From NCBI GenBank assembly GCA_965223845.1, contig CBDCXR010000004.1, forward strand, positions 3,008,001 to 3,072,000: a DNA stretch of 64,000 nt, in the 5' to 3' direction. This DNA is from Planctomycetota bacterium (GTDB lineage: Bacteria; Planctomycetota; UBA8108; SXIK01). Positions within the stretch are counted from its first letter, which is position 1. Each line of letters opens with the position of its first letter. The notes beneath the pieces were generated by a model. The model made no database searches. It was not told the origin of the DNA and saw only the letters and a list, made by a program, of their open reading frames with translations. This document shows positions 10,901 through 20,400 of this stretch, piece by piece. Position numbers and translations under genes: made by a program.

Positions 10901-11923
10901 TTCGCGCTGCGCGAGTCCCCAGAGCGCCCAAGTGCCGCCTTGTCCGCTGAACCTAGTCCACCGCGTCGTGAGCTCGGCGTCGTTCAGCTCACCGGTGTAG
11001 ACGAGGAGGCGATGGCGCACGACCGCGCGGCGTCCCTTCTCGATCTTCCAGTCGCCGAGACGCGCCCGCACGGGCCCCACGCCCATCTGCCCGTCGACTC
11101 GCCACGGCTGCGGATAGCCCGAGTTTCTCGAGTGATCAAAGATCGCGATGTGCGCGAGGTCGTCTCTCCCCTCGACCTTCATGCCGACGTCGAGCCACGG
11201 TGCACGCTGGCCTTCGGCGCGGGCGTCTCGTTGCCGCGCCGTGTTGACCACGGCGCCCTCGATTCCTCGGCGCCACGGCATCCGCAGAAAGAGTCCACCG
11301 TAGTCGTAACGCGCGATCGTCACGTCCGTCCGCGCCTCGCCCACCCACTCGAGATCGAGAACGTACTCCTCTCCCTGATCGCGCATCGACCACGTCTGCG
11401 TCTCGGTGAGGACGGTGTTTCCCTTCTCGTCGAGCAGATCGTAGACCGTGCGCCAGCGCACCTCGTCGACGGGTGCCTCGCCGCCGCCTTGAACGATGTC
11501 CGCGGCGATCCGGCGCCAATGCGTTCCCTCCGGATGGTGAAAGTAATCGCGTCCGTTGAGACGCGTGAATCCCCAGTAGAGTCCAGTCTGGTGGCGATGA
11601 TGAGACGGACTGTACTCGGTGAGCACCCCCTTCCCGTCGGGAGCCACGATCGGGTGAACATACGGGCGGAAATCCGCGCGCGCGTGCTGGGTGAGGATCG
11701 GCTCCTCCGCCCCCGGGCGGTAGACGGCGATCGTCTGCTTCTCTTCGTCCTCCACGAGCCGGAGGGGATCCGCCCACGCAGAGGGAAACCCGAACGCGCA
11801 CGCGAGCATCGCCGCGAGGATCCAGGAGTTGACACGACCGAAGCTCGCCGCTCGATCGGTCGAATGAACGCAAGCGTCGCTCGCGCTGAACCGGTCTGGG
11901 TTTCGACCAGAACTCAATGCCAT
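7988..11923 (-). CDS. PmoA-family (DUF6807-like) domain + PVC-type heme-binding CxxCH putative membrane-bound dehydrogenase
   Basis: N-terminal RPYVHPI...HRHQTGLYWG; propeller with WGPDGWLYG and GFSNPWG; HEAT repeats; C-terminal CAPCH...GPDLTG...SMMPEGL. Exact start uncertain. Confidence 0.85.
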   Translation of the reverse strand: MALSSGRNPDRFSASDACVHSTDRAASFGRVNSWILAAMLACAFGFPSAWADPLRLVEDEEKQTIAVYRPGAEEPILTQHARADFRPYVHPIVAPDGKGVLTEYSPSHHRHQTGLYWGFTRLNGRDYFHHPEGTHWRRIAADIVQGGGEAPVDEVRWRTVYDLLDEKGNTVLTETQTWSMRDQGEEYVLDLEWVGEARTDVTIARYDYGGLFLRMPWRRGIEGAVVNTARQRDARAEGQRAPWLDVGMKVEGRDDLAHIAIFDHSRNSGYPQPWRVDGQMGVGPVRARLGDWKIEKGRRAVVRHRLLVYTGELNDAELTTRWTRFSGQGGTWALWGLAQREGREAKFLNAEEAVAAMTVTDGFAVNAYASEPMITQPMAFCWDDRGRMWIAENRDYESRGGGFSNSGDSRILILEDTNRDGVADSRKVFLDGIPFPAAIAVGFDGLWLGAPPNLLFVPDRDRDDVADRDGIEVRLTGWGIRDRHETLNSFHWGPDGWLYGCQGFATPSRVGKPKGKGRLYKHREPFPKKIEFADEPVDINGGVWRYHPTKDRFEVVAHGFSNPWGIDFDANGQLFITACVIPHLWHVIPGGIYHRQGGRHFSPYVYSDIRTIADHRHRSAHGGARVYLSDAFPEKYHGRLFMANIHEHAVLTDILEPRGSGFVGRHGDDFLLANNAQWIGFSTEIGPEGAVYVLDWHDADICGKDVLQKDTGRVYRIVPAESKAVDWPGRYDDLNTKSDTDLAQVQGRRSAWHARRARLLLQGRATKRTIDSQAVEILRGMLAARDGFSYRLRAMWALHVIGALSTEALTEALADPDPYIRAWAIQLLCEDHSPPRPALDRFVAVARGDDSAVVRLYLAAALQRVATDDRWPIASALVAHGEDANDHNIPKMIWFGVEPLVAGSPARAVRLALASKIPLVARHIARRLADAGEFGAVVAALGDASGAQRDLLRGLRDGLDRRYDVVAPAEWPAAYERLRSSAEPEVRRLSVDLAQQFGDNAAAEARLATLRDATKGPEERRRALRALAQQRLPALRSQLLSLLDDAAIRRDAIRALAVFDEERYADALLERYATFDADEKLEAVQTLASRSRSGWKLTQVIRSGAIPRRDVPAYIARQLRRVVGSGFVEVWGPVEALPAEQASRLAKYRALLTEDAIRTADASRGRVVFEKTCAPCHLLYGNGGRVGPDLTGANRTDLTYVLGNVITPSEVIQDDYRMVLVFTHEGRLYSGILADENERQIKLWVAGEPEPVPIAKSDIASRELDEVSMMPEGLLDSLSDREVLDLVAYLRETEQVPLPKAGSTSKEDEAR

Positions 11924-11983
11924 CCGTTTCTACTCCGATTCGACTCTGGGGATTTCTGCCGTCGCGTTGGCGCGCTGCTCGCG

Positions 11984-14437
11984 TTAACGGGCGAGCGATA
12001 AGCAGTACAGTTTGGATGCCGTCCGAATGAACAACCTTCCGCGGCTCACCGCCGGCGTCGCCATGCAGAGCTCATCCAACCGATTCGTGTGAAGGAGCTC
12101 GAAGCCCGGCCCGGCGCTCACAACGTGAGTATCGCCGTCCTCGGTCAGGCAAAAAATGCGACCGTTGTAGGCCCAAGGGGACGACGTGAACGTGGATCCC
12201 GACGGAAATCGCCTCTTCCCGTAGATCTCCTCTCCGGTCGCCGCGTCGTGGCACGTCATGAAACCTCGATCGAGAACGGTGTGGTACCGTCCCCGGTAGA
12301 CGATGGGCGATGTGTTGTACGGCCCCGCCTTCGGCTGGTACCACTTCGTGACGCCCTTCGCCGGGCCGGGCTCCGCGCCGCTGACATCCCCTGTGGCTCC
12401 CGGTCGCACCGCATACACCGGGCGGTGCCGGTCGCCGACGTACCCGGAGGTGATGTACACCATGCCCTCGCTCGACAGCGGCGACGGGATGACGAGATTC
12501 GACATCGCTCCGTCGAACTCCCAGAGGACCGCTCCGCCGAGATCGTACGAGCGGTTCTTCCTCTTCCCGGGAACGACGAGCTCCGTGCGGAGGTCGTTCT
12601 TCCACACGAGCGGCGTCGCCCAAGTTGACTTCTCCTCGCGCGGTGTCCGCCATCGCTCCGCACCCGTCTCCGCGTCGTAGGCCGCGACGTACGACGCCTC
12701 CTGATTGTCGTACACCATGAACACCTGGCCATCGTGGACGACGGGGGACGCCGCCGCGCCGTAGTCGTAGAACGTCGATTTCGGCTCGATCCGTTGCGAC
12801 CACACCGCGTTCCCGTCGAGGTCATAGGCGTAGAGCCCGACGTCGCCGAAGAGAACGTAGAGACGCTCTCCGTCCGTCGCCGGAGTCTCCGACGCAAAGG
12901 TGCTCTTCGGATGTCGGGGCGAGCGCGGGTGATCGCGATGCGCTTCGCGCGACCAGCGGAGATCGCCCGTTTCCGCGTGGTACGAACGAACGACCCAGCG
13001 GTGGAGTCCGTCGGGAAGCTCCTTTCGTCCGCGGCCGAGGTAGAGGCCCTTCTTCGGCTTCGCGTACTCTCCGTCGCTTTCGACGCTGGCGACGAACACC
13101 TGATCCCCCCACACGACGGGAGACGCCCAACCCCAGCCGGGGACATCCGCCTTCCACGCGACGTTTTCCGTCGTGCTCCAGCGCTCCGGGAGCCGCGGAT
13201 CGTCGCGAGCGACTCCCGTCCCGTTCGCACCGCGAAAGCGCGGCCAGTTCCCGTCGGCGTCGGCCGTCGTCTCCGTCGCCGCCGGCGTGCCGAATCCGAT
13301 CGGAGCGATCTCGACCCAGGCTGGACCGGCCGACGTCGGATGCACATCGACGCGTGCGAGCGCGCCGCTCGCTGCGTCGCGCCGGTACACGGTGAGGTCG
13401 TTCGACCGCTGCCCGGCCGCGACGACCCATCCCTCGTCCGGCGAAAGGTTGAACGAGCGTGGAGTGTCGCCGGTCGAGAACTGACCGACCGCGCGCAGCT
13501 CGCCGCTTTCCGGGTCCGTCGCGAACGCGGCGATGCTGTTGTGTCCCCGATTCGACGCGTAGACGAAGCGTCCGTCGCTCGTGATCTCGATATCCGCGCA
13601 GGTGTTTCGCTCGGCGAAACCATCGGGCAGCGTCGAGACCGTCTGGACGGGTTCTACGTGACCTCGCTCCGGATCGTAGCGGTATGCAGTGACGCTCGAG
13701 CCTCGCTCGTCGTCGAAGTAGACGACATCGAGCGCCGGGTGGAACGCGAGATGTCGCGGTTCGAGTCCATCGGCAGGACGAACGATCGCTGGGTCGTTCG
13801 CGCTCAGCGTTCCTGTGTCGGCGTCGAAACGAAATTGATACACCGCATTCGGACAGGTGTGCGGCACGAGAGCGAATCGGTTCGTCCGATCCGGGAGGAT
13901 CGCGTGCGCGCAGCGTTCGGTGTCGATCACGCTCACCGCGGCGCCGATCGCACCGTCCGGTTCGATCGCGTGGGTCGAGACCTTGCCCTCGCCGTACGAC
14001 GCGGCGAGAAGCCACCGTCCCGTGCGGTCGGTGGCGATATAGGCCGCGTTCGACTCGATCGAAGTCAGGCGCAACAGCTCGAGGTCTCCGCTCGCGCGAT
14101 CCCGCCTAAACGCCGCCACGCTCCTCGCAGCGCGCACCGCGACGTAGAGACGGTCGTCGAGAGCGTGGCGACACTGCGGTCCCGGTGCACCCGGAAGCGC
14201 GATCTTCGTCCGCTCGACGAGGGCGCCCGATCCGAGGTCGAGCTCGTAGTGGACGAGCTGGTTCGCCTTCGCCGCGGAGACGTAGACGGCGGCACGCTCA
14301 TCCGCGGCGGCAACGCGCGCTGCGTAAGGAGCCATCGCGAGTAGCGAGAGCGCGGAATAGAGCGCAGCACGCGACGCACTGATCACGGCGCTCGTTCGTC
14401 TACGGCGAACGCGCGCCCGAAAGAGTCTAACTAGCAT
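11984..14437 (-). CDS. Lactonase (Pgl-like 7-bladed propeller) + PQQ-like beta-propeller fusion
   Basis: N-half has EPRHLAFHP, FVYASNRGHNSIA and PRSFNL; C-half has NWPRFRG, WASPVVWG and ATPAV...LFIRT. Start uncertain. Confidence 0.82.
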   Translation of the reverse strand: MLVRLFRARVRRRRTSAVISASRAALYSALSLLAMAPYAARVAAADERAAVYVSAAKANQLVHYELDLGSGALVERTKIALPGAPGPQCRHALDDRLYVAVRAARSVAAFRRDRASGDLELLRLTSIESNAAYIATDRTGRWLLAASYGEGKVSTHAIEPDGAIGAAVSVIDTERCAHAILPDRTNRFALVPHTCPNAVYQFRFDADTGTLSANDPAIVRPADGLEPRHLAFHPALDVVYFDDERGSSVTAYRYDPERGHVEPVQTVSTLPDGFAERNTCADIEITSDGRFVYASNRGHNSIAAFATDPESGELRAVGQFSTGDTPRSFNLSPDEGWVVAAGQRSNDLTVYRRDAASGALARVDVHPTSAGPAWVEIAPIGFGTPAATETTADADGNWPRFRGANGTGVARDDPRLPERWSTTENVAWKADVPGWGWASPVVWGDQVFVASVESDGEYAKPKKGLYLGRGRKELPDGLHRWVVRSYHAETGDLRWSREAHRDHPRSPRHPKSTFASETPATDGERLYVLFGDVGLYAYDLDGNAVWSQRIEPKSTFYDYGAAASPVVHDGQVFMVYDNQEASYVAAYDAETGAERWRTPREEKSTWATPLVWKNDLRTELVVPGKRKNRSYDLGGAVLWEFDGAMSNLVIPSPLSSEGMVYITSGYVGDRHRPVYAVRPGATGDVSGAEPGPAKGVTKWYQPKAGPYNTSPIVYRGRYHTVLDRGFMTCHDAATGEEIYGKRRFPSGSTFTSSPWAYNGRIFCLTEDGDTHVVSAGPGFELLHTNRLDELCMATPAVSRGRLFIRTASKLYCLSLAR

Positions 14438-14671
14438 CGGAATCTCGTTCGGAGGGAAGCTGGCGATCGTCTCAGTCCGAGCCCAGCGAGTGGCGCGGAT
14501 GGCGTCGCCGTTCCACTCTACCCGAACGCGCCGACAGGGGGACGACAAACCGTCGCCGCGCTGACGCTCCCCTTTCCCTCGCTGCGTTCGGGTACACTGT
14601 GTCGCTCAGTCTCGATCGCCGGTGCAGAAGGACGCACGGCCGCGTCTCAAGCGGGAGGAGGAAACCGTAAC

Positions 14672-15682
14672 GTGGGTGCGCTCGTACTCGAGGAGGCGGA
14701 GCGACCGCTCGTTTGGGTCGACGATCACAGCGTACCGCGACCACGTGAGAACGAGGTGCTCGTCTCGATTCGCGCTGCGGCGCTCAATCGACGGGACGTG
14801 TGGATCACTCGCGGGCTCTACCCCGGGATCGAGCTCCCAGCGGTCCTCGGTTCCGACGGGGCCGGTCTCGTGACCCGCGTCGGTCGGAGCGTGACTCGGG
14901 CCGAACCGGGCGACGAGGTCATCATCGACCCCGCGCTCGATTGGGGTCCGAACGACGCTGTTCCGGGCCGCGAGTTTCGCGTGCTCGGCATGCCGGATGA
15001 CGGAACCTTGGCAACGGAGATCGTTGTTCCGGAAGCCAACGTCCACAAAAAGCCCGCGTATCTTTCCTGGCCGGAAGCGGCGGCGCTCCCCCTCGCCGGC
15101 GTCACCGCGTATCGAGCGCTCTTCACTCGCGGAGGCCTCCGCACCGCAGAGCGAGTTCTCGTGACCGGAATCGGCGGTGGAGTGGCGACGTTCGCTCTTC
15201 AGCTCGCGCTGACGGCGCAAGCCGAGGTGTGGGTCACATCTTCGTCGAGCGACAAGATCGATCGCGCGATCGCGCTCGGCGCGAAGGGCGGTGCACTCTA
15301 CACAGAGGAGGACTGGCCTCGCCGCCTCGAACTCGGCGAGCGAAAGATCGACGTCATCGTCGACGGCGCGGGCGGATCGGGACACGGCGCGCTCGTCGAT
15401 CTCGCCGCGCCCGGGGCGAGGATCGTAAGCTACGGCGCGACCGCAGGTGCGCCGCCCCCGCTCCACCTGTTCAAGCTCTTCTGGCGGCAGCTGAGCGTCC
15501 TCGGATCCACACTGGGTTCGCCGATCGATTTTCTTGCCCTCCTTCGTCTGGCTCGCGTCCACGAGTTTCGACCGGTGATCGACTCCGAGTATCCACTCGT
15601 CGATGGCAACCGAGCCTTCGAGAGGATGGCGACACCCGATCGATTCGGAAAAGTCGTCTTGCTCGCGCCGGAGTCGAGCTGA
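14672..15682 (+). CDS. MDR-family zinc-binding dehydrogenase / NADPH:quinone reductase-like
   Basis: GGAGGAGG RBS before GTG; AAALNRRD, LGSDGAG, AAALPLAGVTAYRAL, GIGGGVA and FGKVVL. Confidence 0.9.
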   Translation: MGALVLEEAERPLVWVDDHSVPRPRENEVLVSIRAAALNRRDVWITRGLYPGIELPAVLGSDGAGLVTRVGRSVTRAEPGDEVIIDPALDWGPNDAVPGREFRVLGMPDDGTLATEIVVPEANVHKKPAYLSWPEAAALPLAGVTAYRALFTRGGLRTAERVLVTGIGGGVATFALQLALTAQAEVWVTSSSSDKIDRAIALGAKGGALYTEEDWPRRLELGERKIDVIVDGAGGSGHGALVDLAAPGARIVSYGATAGAPPPLHLFKLFWRQLSVLGSTLGSPIDFLALLRLARVHEFRPVIDSEYPLVDGNRAFERMATPDRFGKVVLLAPESS

Positions 15683-15733
15683 AAGCAGCGCTCGACAAAT
15701 ATCGAACACATCTCTCAAACGATGAGGATCCCT

Positions 15734-16993
15734 ATGCGCGCTCCCCTCCAATACCGAAAGGCGCTCCTACTCGCGGTGATTCTCGCCGCACCGATCTCGC
15801 TCGTCGCACGCGAGGACAAGGAGAGCGATAGCGACGTCAACTACGACGAAGACAAGATTCCGCACTACGACCTTCCCGCGCTCCTCGTGACATCGGAAGG
15901 ACGGGCGGTCCAATCTGCCGACGAGTGGCGCACGCTCCGGCGTCCGCAGATCCTCACTCTCTTCAGCCATCTCGTCTACGGGACCGTCCCGAGTCCCTCG
16001 AAGCCGATCGAGACGACGTTCGAGGTCGTGACATCGGACGACGAGTTCATGGGCGGGAAGGCGACGCGAAAGGACGTTCGCATCCGCTTTCAAAACGAGA
16101 ACGGCACCGTGGAGATGTTGATTCTCGTGTTCGTCCCAAACGGAGCGACCAAGCCAGTGCCGGCGTTTCTCAAGCACAGCTTCAACAACACAAAATCGCA
16201 CGACTTCGACGCGCATCCGACGAAGCCCGGTCACATCCGGAACGGCTGGCCGCTCGGCGAGTTCTTCGACCGCGGGTACGCTTTTGTCGCCGTATACCAG
16301 CAGGATCTCGTCGGTCACAACGAAGTGAGCTTTCTCGGCCGAACCATCCATCGCCTCTTCTACCGAGACGGTCAGAGCTTTCCGAAAGCGCATGAGTGGG
16401 GAGTCCTCTCGACCGTGGCCTGGGGCGGGAGCCGCGCGCTCGACTACCTCGCAACCGACGCCGCAGTCGATCACACCCGGGTCGCCGTCATGGGCCACTC
16501 GAAAATGGGCAAGGCCGCGCTCTGGACAGCGGCGCGCGACGAGCGATTCGCGCTCGCGATCTCAGCGCAATCCGGGTGCGCCGGCGCCGCGCTCTGGCGC
16601 CGGAAGTCCGGCGAGACGCTGAAAAAGATGGTGACGCGCTTTCCCTATTGGTTGTGCCGAAACGCCTGGAAGTTCGTCGAGCAGGAGGACGACCTTCCCG
16701 TCGACCAGCACATGCTGCTCGCCCTGATGGCGCCGCGTCCGGTGTACGTCGCTAGCGGAATTGAAGACACTTGGGCCGACCCTCGCGGTGAGTACGCGTC
16801 GGCGTATCACGCAGGCGAGGTGTACCGGCTCTTCGGGAAGAAGGCGTTGGGTTCACCCGAACTGCCGCCGATCGGAGAAGCCGTCCTCGATCGTCACGTC
16901 GGATACCACGTTCGGGCGGGCGGTCACTCCGTCGAGCTCTACGATTGGCGGAGGTTTATGGACTTCGCGGATCGGCATCTCAAGCGCGACTAG
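15734..16993 (+). CDS. CE15-like (glucuronoyl esterase / acetylxylan esterase-like) alpha/beta hydrolase
   Basis: Signal peptide; NYDEDKIP, WGGSRALDYL, GHSKMGKAA, SGCAGAA, PVDQHMLLALMAPRP, WADPRGE and GGH. Confidence 0.85.
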   Translation: MRAPLQYRKALLLAVILAAPISLVAREDKESDSDVNYDEDKIPHYDLPALLVTSEGRAVQSADEWRTLRRPQILTLFSHLVYGTVPSPSKPIETTFEVVTSDDEFMGGKATRKDVRIRFQNENGTVEMLILVFVPNGATKPVPAFLKHSFNNTKSHDFDAHPTKPGHIRNGWPLGEFFDRGYAFVAVYQQDLVGHNEVSFLGRTIHRLFYRDGQSFPKAHEWGVLSTVAWGGSRALDYLATDAAVDHTRVAVMGHSKMGKAALWTAARDERFALAISAQSGCAGAALWRRKSGETLKKMVTRFPYWLCRNAWKFVEQEDDLPVDQHMLLALMAPRPVYVASGIEDTWADPRGEYASAYHAGEVYRLFGKKALGSPELPPIGEAVLDRHVGYHVRAGGHSVELYDWRRFMDFADRHLKRD

Positions 16994-17013
16994 TGCCTCC
17001 GGCGGGAGATCTA

Positions 17014-17058
17014 CACGAAGGGCGCGAAGGGGGCGCGAAGGAAGAGGAAGGGCGAGAG
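17014..17058 (+). repeat. Purine-rich C(A/G)CGAAGG tandem element, similar to 6399-6444
   Basis: CACGAAGGG-CGCGAAGGG-GGCGCGAAGGAAGAGGAAGGGCGAGAG, just 3' of the CE15 stop. Confidence 0.4.
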
Positions 17059-17080
17059 TGGAGTGAGAGTGCGTGTATGT

Positions 17081-17110
17081 GAAAGAGAAAGAGAAAGAGA
17101 AAGAGAAAGA
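17081..17110 (+). repeat. (GAAAGA)x5 simple sequence repeat in a homopurine tract
   Basis: Five exact copies read directly; the purine-rich run continues to about 17132. Confidence 0.9.
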
Positions 17111-17181
17111 GAGAGTGGAGAGAAGAGAGAAGTTTGTGTGCGAGGAGGGACGGGAATCGAGCGACGTCTTCGGCGGGATGT

Positions 17182-17246
17182 GACGCAAACATTCAAGGAG
17201 AACGGCGCAAGGTCTCATGGCGGCGGCGTCCAGTTCGGCCAAGAAT
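17182..17246 (+). promoter_or_regulatory. Candidate XylR/AraC-type direct-repeat site and -10 box upstream of the GH116 gene
   Basis: GACGCAAACATTCAAG-N6-GGCGCAAGGTCTCATG, then AAGAAT at 17241; same layout as 22050-22113. Confidence 0.5.
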
Positions 17247-17474
17247 TGAGCCGAGCTCCACCGCGAGCAGAGTTCGGGAGCGGCACGGCTTCGCGACGCG
17301 GGTCGTTCGAGGACAGGCGACGGTGCTTTCGCCTCGTGTCGGCCCCCGTTTCCGAGCCGCGTCGAAAGTCCCCGGCTCGAATCGAATCAGAGTTCAGCCC
17401 CGAGACAGGTCCGCGAGACGCGCGGCTGAATCGAGACCGCCCGCTCGCCACAACATTCTTACGAGGCGCACCCG

Positions 17475-20400
17475 ATGGCTTCCGAGATCGAACCGCGAAA
17501 TCCGCCTGCCCCGTCGAGGCCCGAAGACCGTGATTGCTGCTGCGACGACCGCTGTTCTACCGGACGCATCGATCGCCGCGGTTTTCTCGGCGTGATTTCA
17601 GCCGCCGCGACCGCTGCGTTCGCGCCTCCCGGCGAGATCTTCGCCGGCCCCTTCGAGGAGACGGACACCGGGGTGCGCTATCGCTCCGCCATCCCCGCCG
17701 ACAAAAAACTCGCCGACGGGTGGGTTCGCTCGCTTTTCGAGCGCGGCACAAAGGATCGGTATTCCGAGCCCGCCGCGCTCCGCCGCATCGGGATGCCCGT
17801 CGGTGGATTGTTTGCCGGCACCGTCTATCTGGGTGGTGACGGACGACTGTGGCTGTGGGACATCTTGAATCGCGATCAGGAAGGAATCGCACCCCGAGAG
17901 CTGAAACAGCCTCTCCCGATTCCAGGTGCGGTCGATCCTCTTCACCAGCGGATGACGAGAGCCGGACTCAACTACCTCGAACCGGCCGAGCCGTACTCTC
18001 CGTTCGAGCAAGGATTCGAGCTCGAAATCGACGACAAGGTTCGCTCGCTGAATGCGACGGGCTTCTCCTCGGTGACGTTCGACGGCCGCTACCCGATCGG
18101 CCGGGTCGACTACACCGACCCCGACTGTCCGGTCGAAGTCACGCTCGAGGCGTTCTCGCCCTTCATCCCACTCGAAGTGAACGATTCCAGTCTGCCCGCG
18201 ACCGTACTTCGGTTTCGACTGAAGAACCGCTCCGAACGAGCGCTCGATGTCGCGCTGCGGGCCACTCTCGAGAATCCCGTCGGCGCGGACAGCGCGAAGA
18301 GGGGGGTTCGTGGGCTCGCGACCTCCGCCGTCTCGCGCTCCCCGGAGTACACGGCAGTCGTCCACAGCGCGAAGCCCCCCGCCGCTGCCGAACCGTCTTC
18401 GCGCCGTCCGGACATCGTGTACGAGACGTTCGAGTCGGATACCTACGGCGATTGGAGCGCCGAAGGTACCGCGTTCGGAGCCGCGCCCGTGCTGAAGTCC
18501 GAGATCCCCGACTATCAAGGCGATGTCGGGGGCGAAGGAGAGCGCGTCGTGAATTCCCACGCCAGCGCGCCGGGCAGCTCCATCGGCGAGAAGGATGCGG
18601 GGACGGGGACGCTCACGAGCCCCGAGTTCAAGATCTCGCGACGTTTCGTCAATCTGTTCCTCGGCGGAGGCGGACACGCAGGAAAGACGAGCGTCAAGAT
18701 CCTCGTCGACGGCGAGACCGTCGCATCCGCCTCAGGGCGAAACGAGAACCGGATGCGCCCCACCTCCCTGCTTGTCCACCCGTTCGAAGGCAAGATCGCG
18801 CGAATCCAGATCTGTGACCACGTGAGCGGCGGCTGGGGGAACATCGGCATCGATCACATCGTCTTCAGCGACACCCCGGTCGCGACGGACGAGCTGGCAG
18901 AACAGCGAGACTTTGGATCCATCGCGCTCGCGCATGTCGGCGCGGCAGGTTCGGAAATCCGAGCGACTTCGAATCGAGACGCCGAGGGTTCGACCGACCG
19001 CTCCTCGGTCCCGCTGGGTGGATCGCTCGTCGGCCGGCTCGAGCGCTCCGTCCGCGTCGAACCCGGACGGGAAGCGCAAGTGGACTGGATCATCGCCTGG
19101 CACTTCCCGAATCTCGAGATCCGCGGCTTGCCCGGTCGTTCGGTCGGACACGCCTACGCAGCGAGATTCTCCTCGGCCGAAGAGGTGATCCGGTACGTGG
19201 CTCGCGAGTTCGATCGTCTCACTCGGACCACGCGCGAATGGGTCGACTGTTGGTACGACTCGACGCTCCCCTACTGGCTCCTCGATCGGACGATGGCGAA
19301 CACGTCGACTCTGGCCACGACCACGTGCTACCGGCTGCGTGACGGCCGATTCTGGGCGTGGGAGGGAATCGGCTGCTGCCCCGGAACCTGCACCCACGTC
19401 TGGCACTACGCACAGGCGCCGGCGCGGCTCTTCCCGGAGATCGAGCGCGATCAGCGAGAACGTGTCGACTTCGGCGACGCGCTTCACGCCGACGGCGGGG
19501 TCGGACACCGCGAGTACATCGACTCGAAGGCGTTCCCCGCCGTCGATGGTCACTGTGGTCGCATTCTCGGCGCCTTTCGTGAACATCAAATGGCGAAGGA
19601 CGACGCGTTCCTGCGACGAATCTGGCCGCGCGTCCGCAAGGCCGTCGAGTGGCTGATCGCGTTCGACAAAAACTCCGATGGGGTTCTCGAAGGCGCTCAA
19701 CACAACACTCTCGATGCGGCGTGGTACGGCAAGATTCCGTGGCTGATCTCGCTCTACCTCGCCGCCTTGCGCGCCGGCGCCGCGATGGCGCGGGAGCGGG
19801 GCGACCCCGAATTCGCGTCCCGCTGCGACGCGATCGCGTCCCGCGGCGCCGAAAGGATTCTCGACCTCTGGGGCGGCGAGTACTTCATTCACGAAGAAGA
19901 TCCGAAGCATTCGAACGCGATCGGTACGGGAACAGGCTGCCACATCGATCAGCTTCTCGGTCAGACGTGGGCGCACTGGACCCACCTCGGCACACTGTTC
20001 GACCGCGAGAAACAACTCTCGGCGCTGCGCGCGCTGTGGAAGTACAACTTCGCACCGGACGTCGGAGCGTTTCGCGAGCGCTTTCCCCGCGGGCGGTGGT
20101 ACGCGGCCGCGGGTGACGCCGGACTCGTCATGTGCACCTGGCCGCGCGGTGGCGAGAAACCCGGCTACTCGAAGCATTGGCAGTACGGGTACTTCAACGA
20201 GTGCATGACCGGATTCGAATGGCAGGTCGCCGCGCACATGATCTGGGAGGGAGCCGATCAGCCCGACCTCCTCCTCGACGGACTCGCGATCGCACGAGCG
20301 ATTCACGATCGCTATCGCGCGGAACGCCGAAATCCCTACAACGAGATCGAATGCTCGGATCACTACTCGCGCGCGATGGCGAGCTTCGGGGTCTATCAGG

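Noticed and set aside
10930-11780. PmoA-family domain as evidence of methane oxidation
   Set aside because: It is a soluble beta-rich domain common in PVC bacteria, not the membrane pMMO subunit, and there is no pmoB or pmoC.
8252-12001. Long antisense or alternate-frame ORFs (also 18732-20597, 12734-14344, 26100-27629 and others)
   Set aside because: These are shadow ORFs of real genes in high-GC DNA, with no recognisable motifs.
15680-15734. In-frame TGA between the MDR and CE15 genes (likewise 48099-48150) as further readthrough
   Set aside because: The upstream domains are complete, the downstream genes have their own RBS and signal peptide, and no SECIS-like hairpin was seen.
17063-17533. 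ORF with an ERERER run
   Set aside because: It is just the translation of the GAAAGA repeat, with no other coding evidence.
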